40,689 bases of DNA from Salisapilia sapeloensis CBS 127946 (GCA_023334545.1 JAADVB010000173.1:1-40689), one strand, 5' to 3'. Positions 10,988 through 20,685 are shown, numbered from the stretch's first letter. A program made the numbers and translations. The notes: generated by a model not told the origin, from the letters alone.

Positions 10988-13900
10988 ATGCCGGCGAATC
11001 CAGGCGGGACGCGAAAAGAGCGCTTGATGCGTGCTAAGATGAAGAAGAAGATCCAGGAGGAGGCATCCGATCCGACTGCATCAAGTGCTGCGCTCACGTA
11101 TGACGATATCTTGCAAATGTCCGACCTGTCGGAGAATTCGCTCTTGGAAAACTTGCGCAGGAGATACGAAAACGATATGATCTACACGTACGTAGGTCCG
11201 ATCCTCATTGCGATTAACCCGTATCAGGGCATGCCAAAGCTCTATAGCGAGCGGCGGATGACCGAGTACTACGGTCGAGAGATCGGATCCTTACCTCCAC
11301 ATGTATTCGCACTCGCTGACTTTGCCTACCGTCAGCTCATCCAAGGCGGTGCAGTCGATCCACAGAACCAGTCGATCATCATTAGTGGCGAGTCCGGTGC
11401 AGGAAAGACCGAGACGACAAAGATCATTATGCAGTACTTGGCACGCGCCACGAGCTACAAGCGTCCTCCAACCGCGAATGGCGTCGAGCCAGACCATGAG
11501 CCGATCAACGGCGACGCACCCATGTCCGGGACTCTAGGCAAGCTAGAAGAGCGTGTGCTCGAGTCGAATCCGTTGTTGGAATCCTTTGGTAACGCCAAGA
11601 CGCTACGTAATGACAATAGTAGTCGATTTGGTAAATTTATCGAGATCCAATTCAACCATCACGGCAAGATCGTCGGTGCGGAGATCATGAACTTCTTACT
11701 GGAGAAGACGCGCATCGTGTCGCAAAGCATTGGTGAACGGAACTACCATATCTTTTACCAGCTACTGGAAGGAGCAGACGATGAATTGAAAACTCGATTG
11801 CGACTCCAGACGGTGCATGACTATGAGTACTTACGTCATAGCGAGTGCTTTACGATCCCAGGATGTGACGACGTCGAGGACTTTGCCACGACAAAAAAGT
11901 GTATGGAGACGATTGGTCTTGACGCTGGTAAGCAAGAGAACGTGTTTGAACTTCTTGCGGCGGTTCTGCATTTGGGTAATTTGCGTGTGGAACAAGAGAA
12001 TGAGACGGCGAAGCTTGCAGATGAAGAGTCGGAGCAGAGCATCATGTTCGTCGCGGAGCTGCTGCAAGTGTCTGGAGACGCGCTTCGGAAAGCCTTGTTG
12101 ACACGACAGTTACATGTTGGTGGGAAAGTGATTGAGCAGCAGCAGAATGTGGATCAAGTGGTGGATAAGCGAGATGCATTAGCGAAAGGCATGTACTCTT
12201 CGTTATTCATCTGGCTCGTGCAAGAGTTGAATCGTACGATCTCTCGGCCTCGTGACAAGTGGGGATTCATCGGTGTCTTGGACATTTACGGCTTTGAAAA
12301 GTTTGACTGGAATACGTTCGAGCAGTTGTGTATCAACTATGCGAACGAAAAGCTCCAGCGACACTTTAACCAGCACATGCTCGAGGTGGAGCAAGAAGAG
12401 TATGAGAAGGAAGGAATCGACTGGACACACATTGACTTCCAGGACAATCAGCCATGTCTAGATTTGATTGAAAGCAAGTCGCTGGGGAAGCCTGGCATCT
12501 TCATTACGCTCGATGACATTTGGCGATGGAAAGGAGATGAAGCGAATAAGAAGTTTGTCAGTATCTTGCACGCGAACTTTGGGAAAGACACGAGCAAAGG
12601 TCCAGCGAATGCCAAATCGCAGCATCCGTTCTACATCCAACCAAACGTTGATGCAGACTTGACGTTCGGGATTAAGCACTACGCTGGAGAAGTCCTGTAC
12701 GACGCAAGTGGTTTCAACGACAAGAACAATGAGAACTTGAATGACGACATGAAAGACATTGTACGCGATAGTAAGAATCCGTGGATCCGAGACATCTTTT
12801 CACTCAACGTCCAGTCGCTTCAGGCCATTCCTGGTGGTGGAGCTAAGCGTCCGACGGATAATGCGTCTCGAAGACCTTCGGAGAAAGGGATGAACCGTCG
12901 GGCGTCGGACGTGAAAGGCGGAAATAAGGGTGGACGCAACCTTCGAGAAGTGTCTGTCGGAGCACAATTTCGTTTCCAGTTGCAAGAGCTCATGGGTAAG
13001 ATCAGTGCGGCGAACCCTCGATACGTTCGTTGTCTTAAGCCGAATGAGTTCAAGCGTCCTGGTGAGCTGAATGATGACGACTGTGCTCGACAGCTCAAGT
13101 ACTCTGGTATGATGGAAGCAATTCAGATCCGTCAGCAAGGGTTTGCTTTGCGGGAAGACCATGACGTGTTCTTCTATGACTATCAAGGTCTAGCTCCGTC
13201 AGCCGAAGTCATTGATGATCTCGTCAAAGTGATTTCATCAACTCTTGGCGCAGGAAAAGAGCAGTGGCAACTTGGTAAGACGAAAGTCTTCCTACGACGT
13301 GAATTCGCATTTAAATTGCAAAAGCTCGACCAGTTCCGAAGTAAAGGTGCTGCGAGGCGTATCCAGCGATGGGTTCGGTACCTCCGGATGAAGAACCAAG
13401 TCATTGTTGCTCAATCGGTCGTCCGCCGGTACATTGCACGCAGAAAGTTGAAGACGTTAAAGGCTGCTGCGAGACGAATCGTAAGTATTTTACGTGTTAA
13501 AGTTGCTGTGAGCAAGTTTGAAGCTCTGCGCTTTGAACATCGATACAAGTCGCAGCATGCGATTGTAATCCAAAGGATTGCACGGGGCTACTTAGTTCGT
13601 AAGCAGCAGCTATTAGATCCATTCGGTGGTTTAAATGCAAAGGATTTGGACGCGAAGATTAAGGAACTGGAGGCTGCAATCGCCAAGGCGGCGGAAGATA
13701 AACAGTTTGAGCTTTGCTCCAAGCTCCAAGTGGACTTGGAACCTGTCGTGAATGCACGCAAGAAAGTTCGTACGGCTAAGGAACTAGATAATGAGATTGT
13801 TCGCTTGAACAAGGCGGTGGATGAAGCTGCGGGGAGTAAGCAGTATGCCAAGTGTGCAGAGCTTCAGAAGGAGTTGGAAGAAGTGCAGGAACAGCGGAAG

Positions 13901-16900
13901 CATGTGAAGGAAGACTTGACCGAGTTGACGGCATCAGAACTGGATGAACGGATTGCACAGATGGAAGGACTGGTGAAGGAAGCTATGGATGCTCGGAACT
14001 TTGAAAAATGTGGACAGCTGCAACATGATTTAGATCAACTCGTTGCGATTCGAAAGACGAAGCAGAGTGCAGAGGAGATGGATGACGAGATTGAAGCTGT
14101 TAATCAACAGCTTGCGAATGCCATGAAGGAAAAGAACTTTGGCAAGTGTGCGCAGTTGCAAAAGGAGCTGGATGATAAGAAGAGTAAGCGATGGGAACAG
14201 TATCCTGATACGCCAGTTAAGGAGAAGCTACCGGAGAGAGAGGGACCAGTGCCGACGGCACCTACGACATCTCCTGCTGCATTGCAAGGGAAGGATGCGC
14301 CGAAGCCGACGCCGAAGAAGACGCCACCGCAGAAGGCTACAGCGCAAAAGACACCTGCAGCGCAGAAAAGTCCTGTGCAGAAGACTCCTGCGGCACAGAA
14401 GAGTCCGGTGGCGAAACCGACTGCACCTGTGCGTCCAGCGAATGGAAACCGAGTGAAGGCGAGTGTCCAGGCTCCGGCCGTGTCTCCTCCGCAAGTGGCG
14501 AGAGGACGCAAGAGCGTCGACAGTATCAGTGGCATCGGTCGTCCTCGATCCGACTCGAACGGATCGGCTGTATCGGCGTCGTCGCATGCTCGATCTACCA
14601 TCTCTATGCGCTCTACTGTCTCCAAGACGCAGCGCAAGGGAGAAGACGCATCGCGTACAGTGTCTCGCTTACGTCCGGCCAAGGCGTTGACGATGGGAGA
14701 GGACGTGACGGTCGCTGAAGCTGCTCGCGAGATGAAGAAGAAGCGAACTTCGGCGGTGCTTGCGACGAACGCCCAGGGAGCCTTGACTGGAATTCTAACA
14801 GACACCGATACGGCACGTCGTGTCATCTCCCAAGGCCTCGATCCAGATGATACGCTGCTTAGGGACGTCATGACAGGCAACCCGAGCTGCGTGTCGCTTG
14901 AAGACAGTGCGATTGAGGCACTGGACTTGATGCTCAGTGGCAAATTCCGACACTTGCCGGTGGTTAGTCATGACAATGGAAACGTTGTCGGTGTCTTGAA
15001 CGTCGCCAAGTGTCTCCATGACGCCATTCGTCGATTGGAAAAGGTCACGTCGTCTCTACAGGAAGAGCTCGAGAACTCTCCTCTGCGCAGTATGCTGGAA
15101 AAAGTACTTGCACCGACACTACGTGACGTTTTATCCAAGTCGGATGAACCTGAGACGCCAGTCGTGTCTCCAGAAGACACAGTCGCAGACGTGACGCTGC
15201 TAATGGCCAAGGATAAGAAACCAGCGCTTGTTGTGTCGGAGATGGGAGAATTAGTCGGTATCTTTACACCCAAGGATCTCCTCCATCGTGTCATTGCAGC
15301 AGGATTAAGCGTCGATGATACGCTCGTGGAAGAAGTCATGACAGAGCATCCAGAGTCTGCTTCTCCCGACACGACTGTCCTCGATGCTTTCCACATTATG
15401 CACGACGGCAAGTTCCTCAATTTGCCAGTGGTTGACCAAGAGACTGGTGAGATCTTCGGCATTGCAGATGTCCTCTCTCTATCCTCGTCTGCTTCCCTAG
15501 AGCAAGGAGAGTCTGGACAGCTCTGGAGCGCAGCGTTAGAGTTACCGACACAAGGAAAGGATGTCTTCGATGACACGGCGTCCATGTCGTCCTTTACCAG
15601 TCGAGCTCGACAGCGTAAGGAGAAGGAGAAACCTTCTCGAGCTGTCTCGAGCTTACGTCCGACGGCTGCAGTGACTGTATCCTCCCAAGGCTCTGTCGTC
15701 GATGCAGCTGTGCTCATGAAGCAAAAGCATACGGACGCGGTGCTTGTAGTGGACGATTCGAGTGGTCTACTCGTTGGTATTCTTACAGATACAGACGTGT
15801 GTCGTCGTGTGCTTGCGAAGGACCTGGATCCGGAAGCTACGACCGTCGCGGATGTCATGACAGGTGACATTCAGTACGTTGCGCCGGAAGACAGTGCCAT
15901 CGATGCGCTGTTGACGATGCAAGACGGACACTTTCGACATTTGCCGGTCGTGGAGAGAGACAGTGGGACCATCGCAGGTGTGTTGAACATTGGCAAGTGT
16001 CTTTATGATGTATCAAAGCGTCTGGAGCATGCATCCGAGTCGACGGAGCAGATGAAAGCGTCACTCGAGTCCCAAGGCAGTGCCGTCCAAAAGGTACTTG
16101 GTCCTATGCTCCAGCGCATGGCGGATCCGACCATCGATTCGATCCTCCAAGCTCAACGGAAGAAGGGAGATGCCGGCGCTCCGACCGTCACGCGCAACAT
16201 GACAGTGTCTCAAGTCGCGAAGCTCATGGGAGAAAGCAAACAAGCAGCTCTTGTCATTGAGAATGAAGTGACAAACCGACTTATCGGTGTCTTCTCTCCT
16301 TATGAACTAGCGATGAAAGTGATTGCGCAGGGTATGGACCCAGAGACGACACTTCTTCAAGAAGTCATGCTCACAGACCCGGATGTCGCGACACCTCAGA
16401 CGCAGGTGGTGGAAGCGCTGCAGATTATGCATGAGACTCAATGCCTGAACCTTCCTGTCGTCCAGGATGAAGGCAGCAGTCGTGTCGTTGGTCTTGTCGA
16501 CGTCCTGGCGTTGAGCTACGGTACGATCGATGCGTTGTACGGTCAGAACCGAGAGCAGATGGAAGAGTTCTGGAGCGCAGCGTTGACGCTAGAGCAACCT
16601 TCCCAGCCTGGTGGCAAGGCGACGCACAAGCGTACACTAGCAAAGGTCGCGGATAAGGAGAAGAGCCGGACGGTGGAACAGCTGCGTCCGTCCAAGGTGC
16701 TGACGATTGAAGAGCACGCGACTGTTGATGAGCTGAGTGTCATGATGGGTCGTAGTCGATCTGATTGTGTCCTTGTGGTGTCGGACGATGGAATGCTCGT
16801 GGGTATCGTCACCGACACGGACTTGGCGCGTCGTGCCGTGGCGCAGAATCTACCGACGGATATCACGACGGTCGGGCAGGTGATGACCAAGGACCCGGCG

Positions 16901-19900
16901 TTCGTATCGACTGCCGACCCGGCCATTGACGCGCTCTTCCGGATGCTTGAAGGCAAGTTCCGACACTTGCCTGTGGTCGAGACACCAGAGAACGGCGGAG
17001 GTGTCGTGGGTATCCTCAAGATCGACCGCTGTCTATACGATGCAATTCGGAAGATGGAAAAGATGGAGGCATCGACGTCTCAAATGCGCCAGACGCTCGG
17101 AAAGCGAGGCAACTTGTCAACGCTGCTAGGTCCGATGGTCGATCGCATGTTCTCTCCGAACGTCCAGACGATTGTGAATGGAGACACAGCGGCACCGCGT
17201 GTCCAGCCTTATACGAGTGTGTTGGAAGTCTCGCGGCAGATGGCGAGTACAAAGAAAGCAGCACTTGTCGTGAGCAATCGTGGACAGTTCTTTGGTGTCT
17301 TTACACCGCAGGATCTCGTGGACAAAGTTTTGTCGAAAGGACTGCCGGTGCACACGACACCTGTGTGTGAAGTCATGACGGAACCGACGCAAGCCCTCGT
17401 GTACGCTGAGAACACGGTGTTGGATGCGCTGCATGTGATGCACGACCAACGATCTCTCTACCTTCCAGTCCTCCAGTCGGAGCAGTCGCCTACAGCGGTT
17501 GGTCTCGTGGACGTGCTGTCGCTAAGCTTTGGATCGTTCGCCAAGGGCGATCCGAGTGACTGGCGTGAGTTCTGGAACACGTCGTTCGAAGCTGCGGGCG
17601 ATGATGACGAGACGTCTTCGCACCATAGTCTCCAGAGCTCTTTCTCCATGAGTCGTGTGACGGGGAATAAGGAGCCTCGTAAGGTCCAGACCGTCACGGG
17701 AGACGCTCGACCTGTGTCGAAGCTGCGTCCGAGTAAAGCTGTGACGATCTCGGAGAGTGCGACAGTTGCGGATGCAGCAGCCGAGATGGGCAAGACCCAC
17801 ACAGACGCTGCACTCGTGATTTCGAGCGACGGAATGCTCAAGGGTATCTTGACCGACACAGACGTGACGCGTCGTGTCGTTGCGCTCGGGAACGATCCGA
17901 ACTTTGTGAGCGTAAGTGCTTGCATGACACCGAATCCGAAGTTTGTGAATGAAAAGGATAGTGCCATGGATGCCATGTTCACTATGCTGGATGGTAAATT
18001 CCGACACTTGCCTGTTGTCGATACGCAAGGTCTTGTCGCCGGTATGCTTCGTATTCAAAAGTGTCTCTATGACTCGATTACGCGTTTAGAAAAAGCACAA
18101 AAGACATCTAGTAGCTCTTTACGAGAGAATCTAGAGAAACAGCTCATGTCGTCTGGATTCGGACAAGGCCTCGGGAAAGGACAAGGCGCTTTGGATGAAC
18201 TCGTGACGCCGATGATTGAGAAACTCTTGTCGCCGACGTTGGATACGCTAGTCAGTCGAGAGGATATGCCGCCGCTTGTCCATCCTACGGTCACGGTCAT
18301 GGAAGCTGCAAGGCAGATGGCATCTACGAGGAAAGCTGCGTTGGTCGTAGAGGACTTGGAGCTCGATGGAGACCTCGACCGACGCTGGAGTAACGCTAGC
18401 TCTGCTACTGGCAAAAGACTCACTGGTGTGTTTACACCTAAAGACCTTCTTCTTCGAGTCGTTGGAGCCGGACTGGACCCTGCCATGACGCTTGTCAAGG
18501 ACGTGATGACGTCTAATCCCGAGACCGTGGCGCCTAGCACGTCGCTTGTGGATGCACTGCATATTATGTACGAGCATACGTTCCTGCACTTGCCAGTAGT
18601 AGAAGACGGATCGAGCACGATCATGGGCTGTGTCGACGTGCTGTCGCTTTGCTACGGCACCTTTGCCACTGGCGCAACGGAAGGTGGAGGCGACTGGCGC
18701 GCCTTTTGGGATATGTCCCTCGCACTTACCAAGGACGATGATGAGCGCAGTAGTGTCAGTCGCAGTGTCGCTGGGTCTCGACGTCCGGCTGCTAGTAAAC
18801 GCGGAGGTCGATCACGCAGTCACACGGCGTCGTCTGCTGGTAGTCAGAAGAAGGAGGAAGTGAATCGCCCAGTGTCCAAGCTCCGGCCGAGACGTGTCAC
18901 GCAGATCGACGAGTACTTGACTGTCTCGGAAGCTGCGAAACGTATGCGAAAGGCACGTGCGGATGCTGTCGTGATCACAAATGAAGACGGGGAGCTACAT
19001 GGTATCCTAACCGATACGGACATCACGCGACGTGTACTTGCACGGAACTTGGATCCGGATGTGACAGATGTATCTGCAATCATGACGGTGCATCCGAGCT
19101 GCGTACGTAGTGATGAGCAGGCGATTGAAGCTGTCACGAAGATGCTGGAAGGACGCTTTAACCATTTGCCAGTGACGTCGCCGGAAGGTGTCATCCAAGG
19201 CATGCTGGACATTACCAAGTGTCTCTACGATGCGATCAACGGGATGGAAAAGGTGCAACAGAGTACTGAGGCAGCTGCATCGGAGCTGTCGAGAGACTTG
19301 GGGCCGAACGCTTCGAGCTTGAACAAGTTGCTTGGACCGATGATGGATAAGATGGTGCGTCCGACTGTCGGCACAGCGTTGGAAGGAGAGAAGATGCCTC
19401 CGATTGTGGATCCTCAGACGTCTGTGAGTGAAGCTGCGATGCTCATGGCAGAGACGAAGAAGGGCGCCGTGGTACTGGATGACGGAGAGCTCGTGGGTAT
19501 CGTGACACCCAAGGATTTGCTCCGCAAGCTTGTTGCGAAGGGTCTGACTGCAGACGAGACGGCTGTGGAGGAGGTCATGTCCGTCGACCCAGAGTACGTC
19601 TGTCCGGACGCTCGTATCCTCGACGCTTTGCGACTGATCCATGACTCTGGTCAGCTCTTCGTTCCGGTGCTGCATGAACAGAGTAGGCAGGTGATTGGCA
19701 TGGTAGACGTGCTTTGTCTTAGCTATGGTCAGTTCGCTTCATCTTCTGGTAGCTCTGGTGGAGACTGGCGCCAATTCTGGCAGACAGCGATGCATGCGCA
19801 GGATGAAGCGCAAGGCATGTTTGATCATGATGATACAGTGTCGGTTGGTACGATTGAAGAGTTTGAACGGAGCGAGATGCAGCATGAGATTGGATACGCT

Positions 19901-20563
19901 CGTGCGCCATCTCAGACCGGATACTCGGAGCTTGGCGAAAGTGTGTCTGTTGTTAGTGGCGCGCAGTCGATGGCAACGACAGCCATGGCTGCACAGATGC
20001 GTGACGACCAGTTCATCTTCAAGGTGAGTGATCGAGCGACGGGGAGTTACCATCGTCTGATGAGCCGCTTTGACTCGCTCGATACGCTTGTGAAGCAAGT
20101 TCGAGCCAAGGTGAGTGCCACGGCTGACGATGAAGTTCGACTTAAGTACGAGGATGATGATGGCGACCTCGCTCTCTTGACGACGGACGAGAGTTTGATT
20201 GAAGCTGTTCAAATGGCCAAGAACGCTGGGTGGAAACGCATTGTTCTCTTGGTCGACATTGTCAAGTCTGGTGAAGACGACAAGCAGTCGAAAGGCAAGG
20301 GTAAGAGCAAACGTAATCGGAAGCTTACGGCTGTGGAGGAAGATGCAGATGAGAGTTCGAGCTCGGAAGACGAGAGTTCGGATGAAGAGGACCGAAAGCG
20401 ACGGAAGAAGAAAGGAAAGAAAAAGGGCGGGAATCGCAGTAGTTGGGGTGAAATGTGGGGCCGAGGGTCGTTTGGTGACAAAAAGTCGCTCTTGATCGCC
20501 GGTAGCTCGGTGCTGGTTGGCATCGGGTCGATGGCAGCGATGTTCATGCGAAAGAAGAATTAA
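10988..20563 (+). CDS. Myo29: Unconventional myosin, stramenopile CBS/PB1 type (class XXIX-like), 3191 aa, single exon
   Basis: Motor motifs GESGAGKT, NDNSSRFGKFI, LDIYGFE, CINYANEKLQ, DALAK and YVRCLKPN. 3-4 IQ motifs (about 13350-13610), 4 UVR-like repeats (13637-14195), a P/A/K-rich linker, and five four-CBS modules starting about 14654, 15638, 16667, 17708 and 18866. Then PB1 (FIFKV...LKYEDDDGDLALL, about 20010-20270) and a C-terminal hydrophobic helix plus RKKN. The class label is from recollection of myosin classification, not from a tree. Confidence 0.95.
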   Translation: MPANPGGTRKERLMRAKMKKKIQEEASDPTASSAALTYDDILQMSDLSENSLLENLRRRYENDMIYTYVGPILIAINPYQGMPKLYSERRMTEYYGREIGSLPPHVFALADFAYRQLIQGGAVDPQNQSIIISGESGAGKTETTKIIMQYLARATSYKRPPTANGVEPDHEPINGDAPMSGTLGKLEERVLESNPLLESFGNAKTLRNDNSSRFGKFIEIQFNHHGKIVGAEIMNFLLEKTRIVSQSIGERNYHIFYQLLEGADDELKTRLRLQTVHDYEYLRHSECFTIPGCDDVEDFATTKKCMETIGLDAGKQENVFELLAAVLHLGNLRVEQENETAKLADEESEQSIMFVAELLQVSGDALRKALLTRQLHVGGKVIEQQQNVDQVVDKRDALAKGMYSSLFIWLVQELNRTISRPRDKWGFIGVLDIYGFEKFDWNTFEQLCINYANEKLQRHFNQHMLEVEQEEYEKEGIDWTHIDFQDNQPCLDLIESKSLGKPGIFITLDDIWRWKGDEANKKFVSILHANFGKDTSKGPANAKSQHPFYIQPNVDADLTFGIKHYAGEVLYDASGFNDKNNENLNDDMKDIVRDSKNPWIRDIFSLNVQSLQAIPGGGAKRPTDNASRRPSEKGMNRRASDVKGGNKGGRNLREVSVGAQFRFQLQELMGKISAANPRYVRCLKPNEFKRPGELNDDDCARQLKYSGMMEAIQIRQQGFALREDHDVFFYDYQGLAPSAEVIDDLVKVISSTLGAGKEQWQLGKTKVFLRREFAFKLQKLDQFRSKGAARRIQRWVRYLRMKNQVIVAQSVVRRYIARRKLKTLKAAARRIVSILRVKVAVSKFEALRFEHRYKSQHAIVIQRIARGYLVRKQQLLDPFGGLNAKDLDAKIKELEAAIAKAAEDKQFELCSKLQVDLEPVVNARKKVRTAKELDNEIVRLNKAVDEAAGSKQYAKCAELQKELEEVQEQRKHVKEDLTELTASELDERIAQMEGLVKEAMDARNFEKCGQLQHDLDQLVAIRKTKQSAEEMDDEIEAVNQQLANAMKEKNFGKCAQLQKELDDKKSKRWEQYPDTPVKEKLPEREGPVPTAPTTSPAALQGKDAPKPTPKKTPPQKATAQKTPAAQKSPVQKTPAAQKSPVAKPTAPVRPANGNRVKASVQAPAVSPPQVARGRKSVDSISGIGRPRSDSNGSAVSASSHARSTISMRSTVSKTQRKGEDASRTVSRLRPAKALTMGEDVTVAEAAREMKKKRTSAVLATNAQGALTGILTDTDTARRVISQGLDPDDTLLRDVMTGNPSCVSLEDSAIEALDLMLSGKFRHLPVVSHDNGNVVGVLNVAKCLHDAIRRLEKVTSSLQEELENSPLRSMLEKVLAPTLRDVLSKSDEPETPVVSPEDTVADVTLLMAKDKKPALVVSEMGELVGIFTPKDLLHRVIAAGLSVDDTLVEEVMTEHPESASPDTTVLDAFHIMHDGKFLNLPVVDQETGEIFGIADVLSLSSSASLEQGESGQLWSAALELPTQGKDVFDDTASMSSFTSRARQRKEKEKPSRAVSSLRPTAAVTVSSQGSVVDAAVLMKQKHTDAVLVVDDSSGLLVGILTDTDVCRRVLAKDLDPEATTVADVMTGDIQYVAPEDSAIDALLTMQDGHFRHLPVVERDSGTIAGVLNIGKCLYDVSKRLEHASESTEQMKASLESQGSAVQKVLGPMLQRMADPTIDSILQAQRKKGDAGAPTVTRNMTVSQVAKLMGESKQAALVIENEVTNRLIGVFSPYELAMKVIAQGMDPETTLLQEVMLTDPDVATPQTQVVEALQIMHETQCLNLPVVQDEGSSRVVGLVDVLALSYGTIDALYGQNREQMEEFWSAALTLEQPSQPGGKATHKRTLAKVADKEKSRTVEQLRPSKVLTIEEHATVDELSVMMGRSRSDCVLVVSDDGMLVGIVTDTDLARRAVAQNLPTDITTVGQVMTKDPAFVSTADPAIDALFRMLEGKFRHLPVVETPENGGGVVGILKIDRCLYDAIRKMEKMEASTSQMRQTLGKRGNLSTLLGPMVDRMFSPNVQTIVNGDTAAPRVQPYTSVLEVSRQMASTKKAALVVSNRGQFFGVFTPQDLVDKVLSKGLPVHTTPVCEVMTEPTQALVYAENTVLDALHVMHDQRSLYLPVLQSEQSPTAVGLVDVLSLSFGSFAKGDPSDWREFWNTSFEAAGDDDETSSHHSLQSSFSMSRVTGNKEPRKVQTVTGDARPVSKLRPSKAVTISESATVADAAAEMGKTHTDAALVISSDGMLKGILTDTDVTRRVVALGNDPNFVSVSACMTPNPKFVNEKDSAMDAMFTMLDGKFRHLPVVDTQGLVAGMLRIQKCLYDSITRLEKAQKTSSSSLRENLEKQLMSSGFGQGLGKGQGALDELVTPMIEKLLSPTLDTLVSREDMPPLVHPTVTVMEAARQMASTRKAALVVEDLELDGDLDRRWSNASSATGKRLTGVFTPKDLLLRVVGAGLDPAMTLVKDVMTSNPETVAPSTSLVDALHIMYEHTFLHLPVVEDGSSTIMGCVDVLSLCYGTFATGATEGGGDWRAFWDMSLALTKDDDERSSVSRSVAGSRRPAASKRGGRSRSHTASSAGSQKKEEVNRPVSKLRPRRVTQIDEYLTVSEAAKRMRKARADAVVITNEDGELHGILTDTDITRRVLARNLDPDVTDVSAIMTVHPSCVRSDEQAIEAVTKMLEGRFNHLPVTSPEGVIQGMLDITKCLYDAINGMEKVQQSTEAAASELSRDLGPNASSLNKLLGPMMDKMVRPTVGTALEGEKMPPIVDPQTSVSEAAMLMAETKKGAVVLDDGELVGIVTPKDLLRKLVAKGLTADETAVEEVMSVDPEYVCPDARILDALRLIHDSGQLFVPVLHEQSRQVIGMVDVLCLSYGQFASSSGSSGGDWRQFWQTAMHAQDEAQGMFDHDDTVSVGTIEEFERSEMQHEIGYARAPSQTGYSELGESVSVVSGAQSMATTAMAAQMRDDQFIFKVSDRATGSYHRLMSRFDSLDTLVKQVRAKVSATADDEVRLKYEDDDGDLALLTTDESLIEAVQMAKNAGWKRIVLLVDIVKSGEDDKQSKGKGKSKRNRKLTAVEEDADESSSSEDESSDEEDRKRRKKKGKKKGGNRSSWGEMWGRGSFGDKKSLLIAGSSVLVGIGSMAAMFMRKKN

Positions 20564-20685
20564 GACTGGCGGATTAGAATTGCATAGTTGGTTTTTTGAC
20601 TTTTAAGGCACACGCACGTCGAGTGGAAAGGTGTGGTAGAACAAGGAAAGGATGAAGACCTGACGATTGTTATCTAGTATGTAGT

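Noticed and set aside
14104-19910. Many long minus-strand ORFs (up to 300 aa) inside the myosin gene
   Set aside because: Antisense shadows of a GC-rich, codon-biased CDS. The translations are Ser/Thr/Val-rich mirrors that repeat with the CBS modules and have no independent motifs.
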